From the NCBI GenBank assembly GCA_951406725.2, contig OX597820.1:22196001-22260000 (forward strand): a stretch of 64,000 bases of DNA, written 5' to 3'. Positions 39,256 through 53,298 of the stretch are shown here, one piece after another. Below the pieces are notes generated by a model. That model was not told the DNA's origin. It did no database searches and saw only the letters and a list, made by a program, of their open reading frames with translations. The position numbers and the translations under genes were made by a program. The first letter of the stretch is position 1. Every line of letters begins with the position of its first letter. Source of the DNA: Octopus vulgaris. Its lineage: Eukaryota.

Positions 39256-39772
39256 CTTTCATCTTTTACTTGTTTCAGTCGTTGAACTCCGGCCATACTG
39301 GGGCGTCTCTTTGAAGAATTTTTAGTCTAATGAATCGACTTAATATCTTTCTAAGCCTGGTACAAATTCTAACGATCTCTTTTGTCGAACCGCAAATTTC
39401 TGGGGGCGTAAATACACCAACACCGGTTGTCAAGCGGTGGTGTGGGACAAACCCAAACACGATGGACTTCTTCCAGTTTCCTCCTACCAAATCCACCCAC
39501 AAGGCTTTGGCTAAACTAGGCTATAGTAGAAGACACTTGCCCAAGGTCCCGTGCAATGGGACTAAACCCAGAACCATGTGGTTGGGAAGCAAGCTTCTTA
39601 CCACACAGCCATCCCTATATATTTATAAGTACATATATATGTATTTATATATAAATATACATACATAGAAACACATATATGTACTTCTATATATGTGTAT
39701 ATATATATGTAAACATACATACATACATACATACATACATACATACATACATACACAGACACACAAACATAT

Positions 39773-39805
<33 letters not shown>

Positions 39806-39963
39806 CATACATACGACGGGCTTCTTTCAGTTTCCGTCTACCAAATCCACTCACAAGGCTTTGGTCGGCCCGTGGCTATAGTAGAAGACACTTGCCCAAG
39901 GTGCCACTAAGTGGGACCGAACCCAGAACATGTGGTTCATAAGTAAGCTACTTACCACATAGC

Positions 39964-40035
<72 letters not shown>

Positions 40036-40063
40036 ATACTAATTGTTCCACGTCCTGCATTAT

Positions 40064-40129
<66 letters not shown>

Positions 40130-41311
40130 TGAATTGAAAACGTGAAACTATCGCATGTTTATTTAACATTCAAAACCCTTCACTGTAACTATTTTTGCCC
40201 GCCATAACCTATTGATGGTATTTTAAGCTTAAAAGATTAATATTCAGGGAAGTTATTTCTAAACTATAATTTAACTATTATTTATTAAACTATTATTGCA
40301 ATATAGAGTAACTTCCCCTTCACTACGTAACTACATGCAACAATGCATTTTTGACTGCAAAAAAAACTGCGTTTCAAACTTTACTTTTTGTATTACTCAG
40401 TCAAATGGAATGAACTTATTCTAAGATTTACTAGAATTTTCTTTCTTAATTTTTTTTTTGTTTATTTCTCTGTAGTGTCTAGCGCAATAATTATTAATAC
40501 GGTATTTCGACTTACATGACAGAAATATCGGCAAAAACTAATCAAAAAACGGAAACAGGAAATATAAGGTATTAATTAGCTTGGCATCCTTTGGAAAATG
40601 CCGATTTGTTTTGCTTTTTATTTGCGAGGCTGATTTTCTGCATTCTTCGTTTAGTCTTGAATTTTGCTTCATGTGGTAAAACAATAGAAATTATTTAAAT
40701 TCTTTAAATTCTACTAATATTACCTCATTTACTTTTTTTTTCTATTTCGTTTTTTGCATTTGGTTTGCAAGATTCATGGCGGGAACTCATGAGTTAAAAC
40801 CTATTTTGCTGTACCTCAGGAGGGTCAATATCATAGGCTCGAGGATAGGCGGTGGAGTGGTTGCAAATGCACCTCCTAAAACTTTTTGTAGAGCAATAAA
40901 TACGCTTTGAACAGCTTCGGTTGGACCTGGGTTTGCACCCGCTAAGCAAATTTCATTCCAGCACCTATGTTCATTATGCCAATAATAAACATACGCACAG
41001 TTTCTATTTCACTTCTTTCTTTTTTCTTTATTTGGTTAATTACATAACTAATTAACTAACCGATTTTTTTACTAACCGTTCGTTCAATTAATTAAAGTCC
41101 TTTTTAATCGCCATTCGTGACCCTATCAGTCCAAGTCTGCTTCCTAACTGCTTAAAAAATTAACCAATTGACAAAAAAAAAGATAATGAAGTGGAATATA
41201 ACCAATGCGTGTATTTATTTTTAAGATAATGTCCCTTCTGAGATACAACCAAAGACCTCACTTTGCTCGTTGAAAATCTATTTCATGATAAAAATGATAA
41301 TACCTTTGAAG

Positions 41312-41562
41312 CAGTGGTTCCCAAAATTGGTGGTGGAAAGATCCGGGGGTATTGAAGAAAATGGGGGTGGGATGACAAAAGCAGGGAAATGGATGTAAAA
41401 AAAAATCAAACAAAATAAAGGGTTAATTAGTTTGTTTTATTTGTAAAATACTGTTATTTTGAATTTGCTGCAGAAAATGGTCTATGTCTGTGATGGTGAG
41501 TGGGGGGGGGACACTTGGAATGAAACAAGGGGGCGGCAGCCTGAAAAAGTTTGGAAACCCCA
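41312..41562. mobile_element. hAT-like MITE
   Basis: Imperfect TIRs CAGTGGTTCCCAAA..TTTGGAAACCCCAG. Confidence 0.45.
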
Positions 41563-41689
41563 GACTTAAAATAAGGGTTCTCAAACTAAGTCTCTCATAC
41601 CTCTAGGAGTACGCAAGAGAAATTGCGGAGGCGTGTGAGATTTGTAAAAGACTTGCAAAAGACTTTACAAAAAGATTTGTAAAAGACTT

Positions 41690-42048
41690 AGGCGCAGGAG
41701 TGGCTGTGTGGTAAGTAGCTTGCTTACCATTCACATGGCTCCGGGTTCAGTCCCACTGCGTGGCACCTTGAGCGAGTGTCTTCTACTATAGCCTCGGGTC
41801 GACCAAAGCCTTGTGAGTGGATTTGGTAGAGGGGAAACTGAAAGAAGCCTGTCGTATATATGTACATATATATATATATGTGTATGTTTGTGTGTCTGTG
41901 TTTGTCCCACCAACATCGTTTGACAACTGATGCTGGTATGTTTACGTCCCCGTAACTTAGCGGTTCGGCAATAAGCGCTTCCAAAGAATAAGTCATGGGG
42001 TCGATTTGCTCGACTAAAGGCGGTGTTCCAGCATGGCCGCGGTCAAAG
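41690..42048 (+). mobile_element. SINE family A (internal deletion)
   Basis: Consensus match. Confidence 0.8.
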
Positions 42049-42308
42049 TACAAAAGCATTTTGAAGTAATCACAACTCACTAAAATGCAACTCGTCTACC
42101 TATAAAATGTGAAGAACCCCTTACTATTCACTTCTTGGAACGGACGAGGTATTCAGGTGTGTTTGTAACGAAACACAAAATTCATATAAGTCTGATAAAT
42201 GATCAACAGGTTTCTTCCCTGAAACTGTGCCTGGAATTGTATTACGTCTTAGATAGAACCAAGCTAATTAATCTCACTAAGATGTAATACTCAACTGAAT
42301 TAATGTCA

Positions 42309-42356
<48 letters not shown>

Positions 42357-42359
<3 letters not shown>

Positions 42360-42873
42360 TTTTACTCTTTTATTTGTTTCAGTCATGTGACTATGGCCAT
42401 GCTGGAGCACCGCCTTTAGTCGAGCAAATCGATCCCAGGACTTATTCTTTGGAAGCCTAGTACTGATTCTAGCGGTCTCTTTTGCCGAACCGCTAAGTTA
42501 CGGGGACGTAAACACACCAGCATCGGTTGTCAAGCGATGTTGAGGGACAAACACAGACAAACATATACACACACATACATATATATACATATACATATAT
42601 ACGACGGGCTTCTTTCAGTTTCTGTCTACCAAATCCACTTACAAGGCTTTGGTCGACCTGAGGCTATAGTAGAAGACACTTGCCCAAGGACTGAACCCGA
42701 AACCATATGGTTCGTATATTACTCTCTTTACTCTTTTTACTCTTTTACTTGTTTCAGTCATTTGACTGCGGCCATGCTGGAGCACCGCCTTTAATCGAGC
42801 AACTCGATCCCGGGACTTATTCTTTTGTAAGCCCAGTACTTATTCTATCGGTCTCTTTTGCCGAACCGCTAAG
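42357..42873 (-). mobile_element. Two adjacent truncated SINE family A copies
   Basis: 42357-42716 and 42720-42873. Confidence 0.75.
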
Positions 42874-43559
42874 TATATATATATCATTATTTTCTTAAAT
42901 TAAAATTATCTGTTATACAAAAAGAATCTTAAAAAACAGAATGACACAAACCTTTTGGAAAGGAGTTTATGTATTGTGATAAGTGCTTTCGCTGTTTATA
43001 GCTTTTCATGCACACATATAACTTTCGCAGAGTATTCTTTTAATCGAAGTTGGGTGTGGGACAAAAATGATGGAGAAACATTGGTCTAATATCTCTGAAT
43101 ATCTACTTTTGTGGTAATCTTGCCAGCTTGCAATCAACTAACAGAGAGAATCACTCCAAGTAAGACATTGTGTCTAAAGCCGTATCGAGTCAACCAATCC
43201 AGGAACCCTGGTCACTTCAAATTGAAAACTGCCTGCGCAGGGTTAAAAAGGTCTTGCATCCTGTGGGGCAGCCTCTCTCCAATGCTTCTACTACAAAATA
43301 AACGCCGTAGCTTTTTTCATTGTCATTCCGATTTTTTCTATTCCAAATCTATTTCTGGTTTTAGTAACAGCACCTGATCATTGGGTGCCGTTAGTGTGGA
43401 CACTCTTTAACAAGCAACTGAACCCGGTTTCGAGTTTGAGGATAAATTTATATCCTGATGCGTTGCTTATCGCTGTCCCTTCTCTTGCTTAGAGCCGTTG
43501 TTTGTCAGAGAAAGTCATTCTCTGATAAGAAAGAGTACCACTAGATATGGCAGGGGCGC

Positions 43560-44488
43560 AATAATAATAATAATAATAATAATTGTGTACAGTGCTCAGG
43601 TGCACTAAACTCATCTAAAGTGTATATATAATCAGGTGTAGTTTCGGCGGATTTCGGAAAGCATGAGGGCCTTAAAAGATGCAGTGTCATGGCAGTCAAC
43701 AACTGACGCAGGCAGTTTATTCCATGCTTCAGCAACTCTGAGCGTGAAAAAATATTTCCGAAAGTCATGGGAGCTGTATTGTTTTCTGACTTTGTAGGCA
43801 TGTCCACGTGTGTTAGACACATGGAGATCAAAAAGGTGTTCAGTGTTGTTGTTGGTGAGGTGGTTGATAACTTTGTGGGTGTTTACCAAGTCCGTCGCCA
43901 AACGCCGGAGCTTCAGTGAATCCATGCCCAGGGAAACAAGGCGCTCAGAATATGGTAGGTGTCTGATGGAGGGTATGCGTTTGGTTGCACGTCTCTGGAC
44001 AGATTCCAGGAGGTCAATGTTCTGTGCAAGATAGGGGTTCCAAACTGATGATGCGAATTCCAAGTGTGGTCGTACCATAGCTGTATACAGTTTTAAATAG
44101 ATGGCTGGAGAGCGGCTAACAAAAGACCTGCTGAGTGATGCCAAGACACCCTCGGCCTTCCTGACAATCTTAGAGATATGCTTTGACCAACGCAAATCAC
44201 TGCTGACAGTGATGCCTAGGTCACGCTCGCAAGAGGATTTCTTGATATCAGTGTTGTGGAGGGAGTAAGTGAACGCAGGGTTTTTTCTCCCAAAATGCAT
44301 GGTGGTACACTTGTCCACAGCCAGTTTCAGTTGCCAGTCTGTGATCCATTGCTGCATTGTGTCTAGGTTTGATTGCAGGAAAGAGTTGTAGACATCAGGA
44401 TCTGTCCTCTTGATTTCAAGGTACAGCTTGATGTCGTCTGCATATTTCAATACTGTGGCATTCTTTAAATTGGCATCTATGTCGTTAT
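43560..44488 (-). mobile_element. 5'-truncated young CR1-group LINE (open 272-aa RT C-terminal frame)
   Basis: NDID..LKYADDIKLY..WQLKLAVDKC..ERDLGITVSSDL..VRPHLEFASSVWNP..LESVQRRATK..RVAEAWNKLP; (ATT)n tail. Confidence 0.92.
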
Positions 44489-45556
44489 GTGAGAAACGCT
44501 TCGGAAGTCTGTTCTATTTGTCTGGCAGGCCCTCATTCGGCTACTGACCGTACCTCTGAACTACAAGGGTTTCTAATAATTCTCATTAGGTTTTCATTTT
44601 CTTTCTCCAACTCAGATGTAACTTTGAATTAATCAAACATTCTTTTTTCATGCAGGATTGAATTAGTCGTTTGTCTTGATCAGGGCCTAAAAGAGGCGAG
44701 AGTTCAAGCAGTTGCATCGGTCCAAGGAAGCAAGGAGGGACTCGTAAATATCTGGTAGAACCTTCTTGATTCTTACCTGAAGAAAAAACGCACAACCACC
44801 CCACCTTTGAATTTTAAGAGGGTCCTCTACCATTAACACCCTCCGGAGATTCGTCAGCAGTTTTAGCCCGACTAAAAAATTTATCTGAGAAGCCCTTGCA
44901 ATGAACCTATGAGTTATGGATTCTTCTTCATTTACTTCTATTAGTCTCTGGAGTCCTTAAAAGGTCCAGCGTCCAACGTGGTCGCTCTACATGCTAGAAA
45001 TAACTGCCGAATCTTCCTCAGATGACTTGGGCTAAACAGCAACAACCTGCTAGCATATCGATCTTAGCTCAAATGTGTTCGTCCAAAATACTACCTGGTC
45101 ATGAATTGTTGTCGTTGTTGTTGCTGCTGCTACAAATGCTGCTGCCGCTGCTACTGCTGTTGCCGCTGCTGCTACTGTTTGCTACGGGTCACTTCTAATC
45201 GAGTAGACTTATTTATAAAAGGTGGTTCATCTCACCTCTATCAATTTTGTTTCGTTTTTTTTCCTACTTGTTTATTGTTTTTAAACCACGTGTATCAAAG
45301 AATACATTATACTATGTATCTTTCTCGTAACGTTTTTCGGGGGGGGGGGTCTCGATCCCCGAGTTTTCAGCAACGATGATTACGATTTTGTATAAAACGA
45401 GAAAAAAAAATAATAATAAAGTGTAGCTTTTCAAATTTTTGATTCCCAACATCAAATGTTTTTGGTTTTAACATTCTTTCTTTCGAATATTTTCTTCAGT
45501 GTGGATGTGTGAGTGTGTGCGCGTGTGCGCATGTATGTATGTATGTATTTATGTAT

Positions 45557-45958
45557 ACTCTTTACTCTTTTACTTGTTTCAGTCATTTGACTGTGGCCAT
45601 GCTGGACCACCGCCTTTAGTAGAGCAAATCGACGTCAGGACTTATTCTTTGTAAGCTTAGTACTTATTCTATTGGTCTCTTTTGCCGAACCGCTAAGTTG
45701 CGGTGACGTAAACGCACCAGCATCAGTTGTCAAGCGATGTTGGGGGTACAAACACAGACACACACACACAAATATATATATATATACATATATATGACGG
45801 GCTTCTTTCAGTTTCCGTCTACCAAATCCACTCACAAGGCTTTGGTCGACCCGAGGCTATAGTAGAAGACACTTGCCCAAGGTGCCACGCAGTGGGCCTG
45901 AAACCGGAACCAGATGGTTGGTAAATAAGCTACTTACCACACAGCCACTCCTGCGCCT
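45557..45958 (-). mobile_element. SINE family A
   Basis: Consensus match. Confidence 0.85.
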
Positions 45959-46243
45959 ATGTATGTATGTATGTATGTATGTATGTATGTATGTATGTAT
46001 GTATGTATGTATGTATGTATGTATGTATGTATGTATGTATTTATGCGTACCATACTTAATGTAAATATATCGCGAAAAGAAGATTTATTGCTGTATTCAT
46101 CCGGGGATAGTATCTCTAATGGACGTGGACGTGCTATGTATAAAAGTACAATATATATCAGGAGCAAGTAACGGCCGGTGAGAACTGGACAGCATTTCCG
46201 CCTACTGCGGGTTCTCAATAACATGCTAAGAGGAAATCAGTCC

Positions 46244-46334
<91 letters not shown>

Positions 46335-47632
46335 CGTGCGTGAGAGAGAGTGAGAGAATGAGAAGGTGAATGAGTGAGTGAGTGAGTTTCTTTTAGATTA
46401 TCGCTATAATGTATAAATAAAATATATCATAATCTGTGTTACTTTCTTTAATTTCCTGCCTCACAATTTGACAGACATACCTCACATATTTACTAATTTG
46501 CTATATTCCTATGTCTAACTAACAAATTGACTAAAGCAATGTATTCAGCATATAAAAAAAAAAAATACCTCTACCGCCCACAAGAATTTCAAAACTATTT
46601 CCTCTGCATTTGTTCATCACCTACACTAAACTCGCAGTCGCCCACTTGTGCTAAATATCGCCCGGGGTTGACAAAATCCTGAGTTAAGAGCATTGGCAAA
46701 CATTTGAGTTATTTCCCCTTAGTTCATATTTTACGAAGTTTCTATTATCTCAAATTTAGGAAAAGGAATTCTATCGATTATCTCAAACTTTGCTAGTGCA
46801 AACTTTATTAATTTCATGCCTCTTCTTTCTTTCTCAGGAACGGTGAAATAAAAGATGATTCGGCCGGATAGGGGCCTTGTAATTAAAGATATATTACTAA
46901 GTACTGCTGAATTTTCTTATCAGACGTTCTTACATGCATCAAATAATGTAAGTAATTGATAAGACGCGAAAAGGAGCAACATAATTGCTATGACAGCATC
47001 GGTTTCTTCGTCTCCGTTTTCCCCTACCTTATATAGCTGGCATGCATCTACCACCTTCTGTTCACCCACAGCTACATCAAGCCACACTCAACTTACACAC
47101 CTACTTCTACCGCTTCCTTATATTTCTTACAATCACCACCACCACCTCCACCACCAACATTACAGTCTTCCATATTTTCTTACTTTGGTCGCTCTTTCCT
47201 CGAATATCATCGCATTTCTCACCTCCTCCTCCTCCTCCTCCTTCCACTCCTAAACGCCACTCCGTCTTCCTCACTTCATCCTTTTCCCCACTCTTGAATT
47301 TCTTCCTCATTTTTCCTACCTATTTACTTCCCTTTTCCTTCCTAACATGCCTTTCATCCCCCCCCCCCCCCGCCCACTCTCTCTCTCTCTCTCTAAAACT
47401 ATTTCCTCTCTCTCTCTTACTTGCTCACTGATGTTAGAATCTCAGTTTATTTTCTTTCACACGTAACTTAAATTTCTTATTTCCCCCACCAGCATTCTCT
47501 CTCTCTTTCTCTTTCTCTCTCTCTCTTTCTCTCTATCTATCTATCTATCTATCTCTATCTCTCTTTCTTTCTTTCTCTTTCTCTTTCTTTCTCTCTCTCT
47601 AATTTTCTCTTTCTTTCTGTCTCTCTCACTCT

Positions 47633-47764
<132 letters not shown>

Positions 47765-48463
47765 CATTTCTATTAAATGTTATATCTTCATTTTCTTATT
47801 CTTTGAGTATATGTATATGCGTGTATGAGTGTATGTGTGCGTGTGTGTGTGTGTGCCCCTTCCTCTATCTATCTATTTGTCTATCTATCTATCTATCTAT
47901 CTATCTATCGAACAATCTATCTATCTATCTATCTATCTTATTCTCGTTCTTTTCAACTTACCTTTCCGTTGTAGTAATTACACCTTGCTCAAAATATTTC
48001 TTTCTTTCAGATGTTTTTCTTACTTTTTCTTTTTTACATCAGGAGGGCCATCTTTCTAGTTTTTAATGCGAAATCTTCAATCGTCCCACAAAGAAGTAAA
48101 AACGTATAGCTTATAGCATTCGTCTGTTTCAGCTACCACCCAGCGAGAATAGGTTTAAAGGAGCGACGAAGAAAGCGCTTTCCAGAATTTATAATTTCTG
48201 ATCTTATTGATACTAACTTTCATCCCTCTGGAATCGGTAAAACAAAGTAGGAGTCAAGTATTAGGGTCGATGGTATCAACAGGCACTCTCCCTACAAAAT
48301 TGTTAGCTTTGCGCCAAAATTAGACAGGGCCATCATAATCATCATCATTATCAACATCATCATCATCATTATACATTAATCTATGTAGGCAGGTATGTAT
48401 AATTGCATAAGTATGCATATGTGTGTATATATGCGTACGTGTGTGTGTCAGAGAGAGAGAGAG

Positions 48464-48551
<88 letters not shown>

Positions 48552-50322
48552 TGTACGTGAGAGCTATACTTAATTGTATTTTGACGGCAGTATTTATAGA
48601 TATCGTGCAAATAGCGCGGAGAGTATAATCCTTCCTGTATTTGGGAAAAGTCGTCGTCGTCGTCGTCGTGGTTGTCGTTGTTGTTGTTGTTGTTGTTCTA
48701 ATGAGCGTCTCTTGTAACTTTTCTCCAATTAAATGTTTAAAAACCACCAAAGAGATTTCAGCGGAACACAAGTTGTTTTAGGAAAATTTTTTTTCGAAAT
48801 CTCTTTGAAAAAGTAAACCACAGCCAGAAATGAGGTTATTTTCTTAAGTGTTGCGTTTCTTGGGCCATTTTAGCCATTTTTCAGTGAATTCTAATCAGTT
48901 GTTGCTGCTGCAGCCGATATATACAATGTATAACCAAGATAAGCAATCCTTCAAACATCTTGTGTATTTTAAGTTGAGAAATGTTGGAATAAAGAGCTAA
49001 TAAAAACGTTTGTATGTTTGTTTGTTTTCAGAAATACATGCACATTGGCTTCCAGATAATTTTCTATTTTCTTGTTTTGTTTTTACCATAAAAATATAGA
49101 AAGAAAGTTAATACTGTCCAAAGTGAGTAGTCGTTTTATGTCAGAGCATAAGTTTACTCGGAATAAAATATTTTCGGAAGACATTTTGATGGCTGTTTCT
49201 CTGTTGATGTTCATTTTTTTAAAATCCAGTCGATATTTAATGTTTTAATGGGAAACAAATACGAGCTTTTTTTTCAAACAAGGAAGATTTATTGTTCACA
49301 GAATATGGCCATTGAAATTATTTCAGATTTGTTTGTAAAAAACATACGTAGCTACATACATAATTTCAAAAGATTAGTATACACGCATATATACGTGCAT
49401 ACATATGTTCATACATACATACATACATACATACATACATACATACATACATACATACATACATACATACATACATACGTACGTACGTACGTACGTACAT
49501 ACATACATATATACATACATGCATACATACATAGGTGTTAAATTACATACATAAATATATGCATACATATATACACATTCGTGCTTACATATGTTCATAC
49601 AAGCATACTGGTATGAGCATACAAACATATATGCATACACGCGTGTGCAATTATGTACATAAAACATACATACATACATACATACATACATACATACATA
49701 CATACATACATACACCTTCCTTTATGTATGTATGTATGTATGTATATATACATACATGCATGTATGCATATATGCATAGATACATGCATGTATGCATATA
49801 TACATACATGCATACATACGTATATGCAAACATAACCTTCCTGTGTTAAGTTTAACATAGTTATTTAACAATTAACAATAATTTAACAATTAACAAGCAA
49901 ACAAGTTGAGAACGATTTGGGTGGATAAAAGTTCAAAATATCAGCAAAAGCTTTCATAATTTAAAAGCAAATGAAAGAAATAATTAACTTAATTTTCATA
50001 TATTTTTTTAAAAATTAACCTACCACTAACAATAATAATAAAAGCTGCTTGAATTGTGTAGCGTAAGATTTGAGTGTCATAAGAAAATGTAATACGAACC
50101 AGTACAAGATACAATAATTGGGTATTAACACTGTCAAATAATGACAATGAGTAAATCGTAACATTTTTAAAGCAATTACTTAGATTTGTCTTTATGCATT
50201 ATTCTTGCGTGTTTTTCGTTTGTTTTTTTTTTCAGGGAGTGGGGGAAGATTGTTTTGTTTTTGTTTTTTGTTTTGATTTTTGTGGGGTGGTTAGATAAGC
50301 TCAGCTCTTAATCATAACTGTT

Positions 50323-50952
50323 CTAATCCATCATTTGGGAGCACGCTTCATCCAAATCTTCGCACAAAGTTTTGAATTTTTTCTGTTCTACTTCGAGCTC
50401 TTTCGTGAGCTTTTCGATATCATTCTCAAGTTTTTGGACATTTCGCTCAGCTGTCAATGCCCGATTCTCGGCAGACTGGAGCTTCTCGGAATCCTCTTCG
50501 GCTTGCACTCTTTTCTCTTCCACTTGACTTTCAGATCGGGTAAGATCTAATTCTAAAAGATTGATTTTTCGGTTTAAATCTTGTGTTTCGCTCTCTGTCT
50601 CCGATAATTTCTCTTCTGTATATCTCATCATGTCCTGTGCTTTATCTAATTGGACAGATACTTCATCAAATTCTCTTTGTAAATTACTATACTTCTTGTG
50701 CATCCACACCAATTCCTCATCAACTTTCTTTTTGTCTTCTTCCACCAGCTGGTATTTAGCTAAACTTTCGTTCAAATCATCGTTCTCTTTCTCCAGAGTT
50801 CCATACTTTTTCTGTAAAAACATATAATCGTCTTGAATTTTATCGCGTTCTTCTTCAACCTGCTTTAGCCTTAATTCCAGTTCCTCGGCTTTTTCCAGAG
50901 CATTTACCCGATCTGCGACTAAGGCATTCATTTTCTTCTTGCACGCTTCCAT
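50323..50952 (-). CDS. Tpm: Short, intronless tropomyosin-like protein (209 aa; about 5 actin-binding periods), paralogue with a 38-aa internal duplication
   Basis: Intact ORF, 82/105 identical to the 171-aa copy over the C-terminal part by manual alignment. A 25-aa identical run (RYTEEKLSETESETQDLNRKINLLE) is encoded with many synonymous differences. aa 29-66 and 67-104 are tandem 38-aa repeats. Confidence 0.9.
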   Translation of the reverse strand: MEACKKKMNALVADRVNALEKAEELELRLKQVEEERDKIQDDYMFLQKKYGTLEKENDDLNESLAKYQLVEEDKKKVDEELVWMHKKYSNLQREFDEVSVQLDKAQDMMRYTEEKLSETESETQDLNRKINLLELDLTRSESQVEEKRVQAEEDSEKLQSAENRALTAERNVQKLENDIEKLTKELEVEQKKFKTLCEDLDEACSQMMD

Positions 50953-51207
50953 GTTTATTTGTGTATTTTATATATAAGTGAATCACGCGTAAAAAGTCTT
51001 GGCTCAAATGGGAAAATAATCCGGAAGTTTATTCTGATATATATTTTGGAAAGCACGACTTGGAAACAAGAGCTTCTCTGACTCCGTGGAGAATAGCTTT
51101 GTGAGTCTGCAACAGAGCCAAAAGTGGTTGTAACTGAATAATCAACTAACGATAACCTCTTCAGTGGTTCTCTAAATTTTGAGAGTTACCTACCTTTGTG
51201 TGTATAC
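50953..51207 (-). promoter_or_regulatory. Conserved 5' UTR/core promoter of the 209-aa tropomyosin
   Basis: Same conserved blocks as 37048-37297; Inr-like TCAGTT on the sense strand near 51137. Confidence 0.55.
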
Positions 51208-52138
51208 ACTACACCTTTTCACTCAATTTTTTTTAAATAAAGCTCAACTCAGTTTCAAATTAAAATAAATTTGATCATAGATTAAAACAACTGGGCACTG
51301 ATTTAGATAACAGGGTGTTCGGGTTAAGATCTGACAGCTTTTATACCCCATCCAAAAATAAAATCCTTTTTTTTTAAAATCAAAATGTGTCAACTAGGTT
51401 CACACACACACACACATACATACATACATACATACGAGGAGCTTTCATGCAGTTTCTATTAATCAAATTCACTGAAAACAGTAGAAGGCACTTGACCAAG
51501 GTTACGTGCAGAGGGACTGAAACCGAAACCTCGTGGCTGCAAAGCAAACTTCATAACCACACCGCCACGAACTTCAATTTAAGTCATATGAATTCTCATT
51601 TAAATCAAACGAATAACAATTTAAAATAAATTAAAGTCAATTTAAAACAGAGCAAAATTTATTTTAAACAAATCAAAGTTATCATTAAAAAAATACATGA
51701 ATTTAAATCTATTGAAAGTGAAATCTATTCATAAATAAATGGAAAGGTTTGAAAAATAGCACCGATATTACTAATTAGTGTATCCAGTACGTTCGTCCGT
51801 ATTTTAATTAATCGGGTAAACTTTGAAGATTTAGCTGCTCTTTCTAGCAGTTGGAACAACCTCGAACAACACGTGTATACAGACGTCTCAACATGTCCAC
51901 ATCTCTTGATTAATGTTGGATCAGTTGTAAGAGGAAAGAGACTGTCGCTAATTATAAGTATTACGAATGGGGGTAATTCTATGAGACTGTCCGAACTGCT
52001 AGAAATAGCCACCGAATCTTCAAATTTTACCCTATAACGGATGAACGTATGGGATAACTTAATTAGTAATTTCTTCGCTAAAATTCGCACCTTTCTCTTT
52101 TATTAATGGATAAATTCCATTCTCAAAATATTTAATCC

Positions 52139-52187
<49 letters not shown>

Positions 52188-52193
52188 GGACAG

Positions 52194-52255
<62 letters not shown>

Positions 52256-52540
52256 GAACGGACGGGTGGATATAATTTCATGTGTCGTTTTGTTCAGACT
52301 AGATAATTATTGTAAATAAAGCTGCGAACTGACAGAACAGTGAAGCACGCCAGACAAAATGCTTAGCAGTATTTCGTCTATTTTTACATTCTGAGTTCAA
52401 ACTCCGCCATGGTCGTTTTTGGCTTTCATCCTTTCTGGCTCGATAAAATAAAGTGCCAACTGGGCGCTGCGGCTGATATGATCGACTAGTTCCTTCCTCC
52501 ACACAAAATTTCAGGCCTTGTGTCTATTAGAAATGACTAT

Positions 52541-53298
52541 TATTACATCCGCCTTAACGAAGGCGAAGGTATTGTTTTCAGTCGTGCTCGTTTGTTTGTT
52601 TGTTTCTTCGACGAAATATCTCAAAAACCGCTGGATGGATTCGGGTAAAACTTTCAGAGATGTTTGACCTCCTGACTGGCACGAACTGATTAAATTATGG
52701 GGACGATCCGGTACTGGACAAGGATTCTGGATTATTTTTCCGAGTTTTTTTACTCAATTTAGGCGTAGGAGTGGCTGTGTGGTAAGAAGCTTGCTTACGA
52801 ACCACATGGTCCCGGGTTCAGTCCCACTGCGTGGCACCTTGGGCAAGTGTCTTCTACTATAGCCTCTGACCGACCAAAGCCTTGTGAGTGGATTTGGTAG
52901 ACGGAAACTGAAAGAAGCCCGTCGTATATATGTGTATATGTATATGTATGTGTTTGTGTGTTTGTGTTTGTTCCCCCAACATCGCTTAACAACCGATGCT
53001 GATGTGTTTACGTCCCCGTAACTTAGCGGTTCGGCAAAAGAGACGGGTAGAATAAGTACTAGGCATGCAAAGAATAAGTCCTGGGGTCGATTTGCTCGAC
53101 TAAAGTCGGTGCTCCAGCATGGCCACAGTCAAATTACTGAAACAAGTAAAAGAGTAAGTTCATTTTTAGTATTCTCGTTTGCGAGAGCAGTCGAGTTTAT
53201 TCCAGATATTCTCATTTTAAAAATCATCTCTGACTAATCGTTGAGAGGACGTTGGTGTCGCTTTGGCGAAGGTTTGCGCTCTCTCTGAGTGCTCTTAT
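52541..53298 (+). mobile_element. Helentron-associated non-autonomous element (HINE/DINE-1-like) with nested SINE
   Basis: 5' subTIR ACATCCGCC with nearby inverted GGCGAAGGT, (TTTG)n microsatellite, 3' subTIR TTGGCGAAGGT, terminal stem-loop GCGCTC-TCTCT-GAGTGC, T-rich flanks. Confidence 0.7.
52761..53157 (+). mobile_element. SINE family A nested in HINE
   Basis: Full-length consensus match. Confidence 0.88.

Noticed and set aside
43632-44450. 272-aa ORF as a host gene
   Set aside because: It is the C-terminal part of a 5'-truncated CR1 reverse transcriptase, with no true start codon context.
45101-45379. Cys-rich metallothionein-like ORF
   Set aside because: Degenerate (TGC/TGT)n triplet repeat; the remainder is not protein-like.
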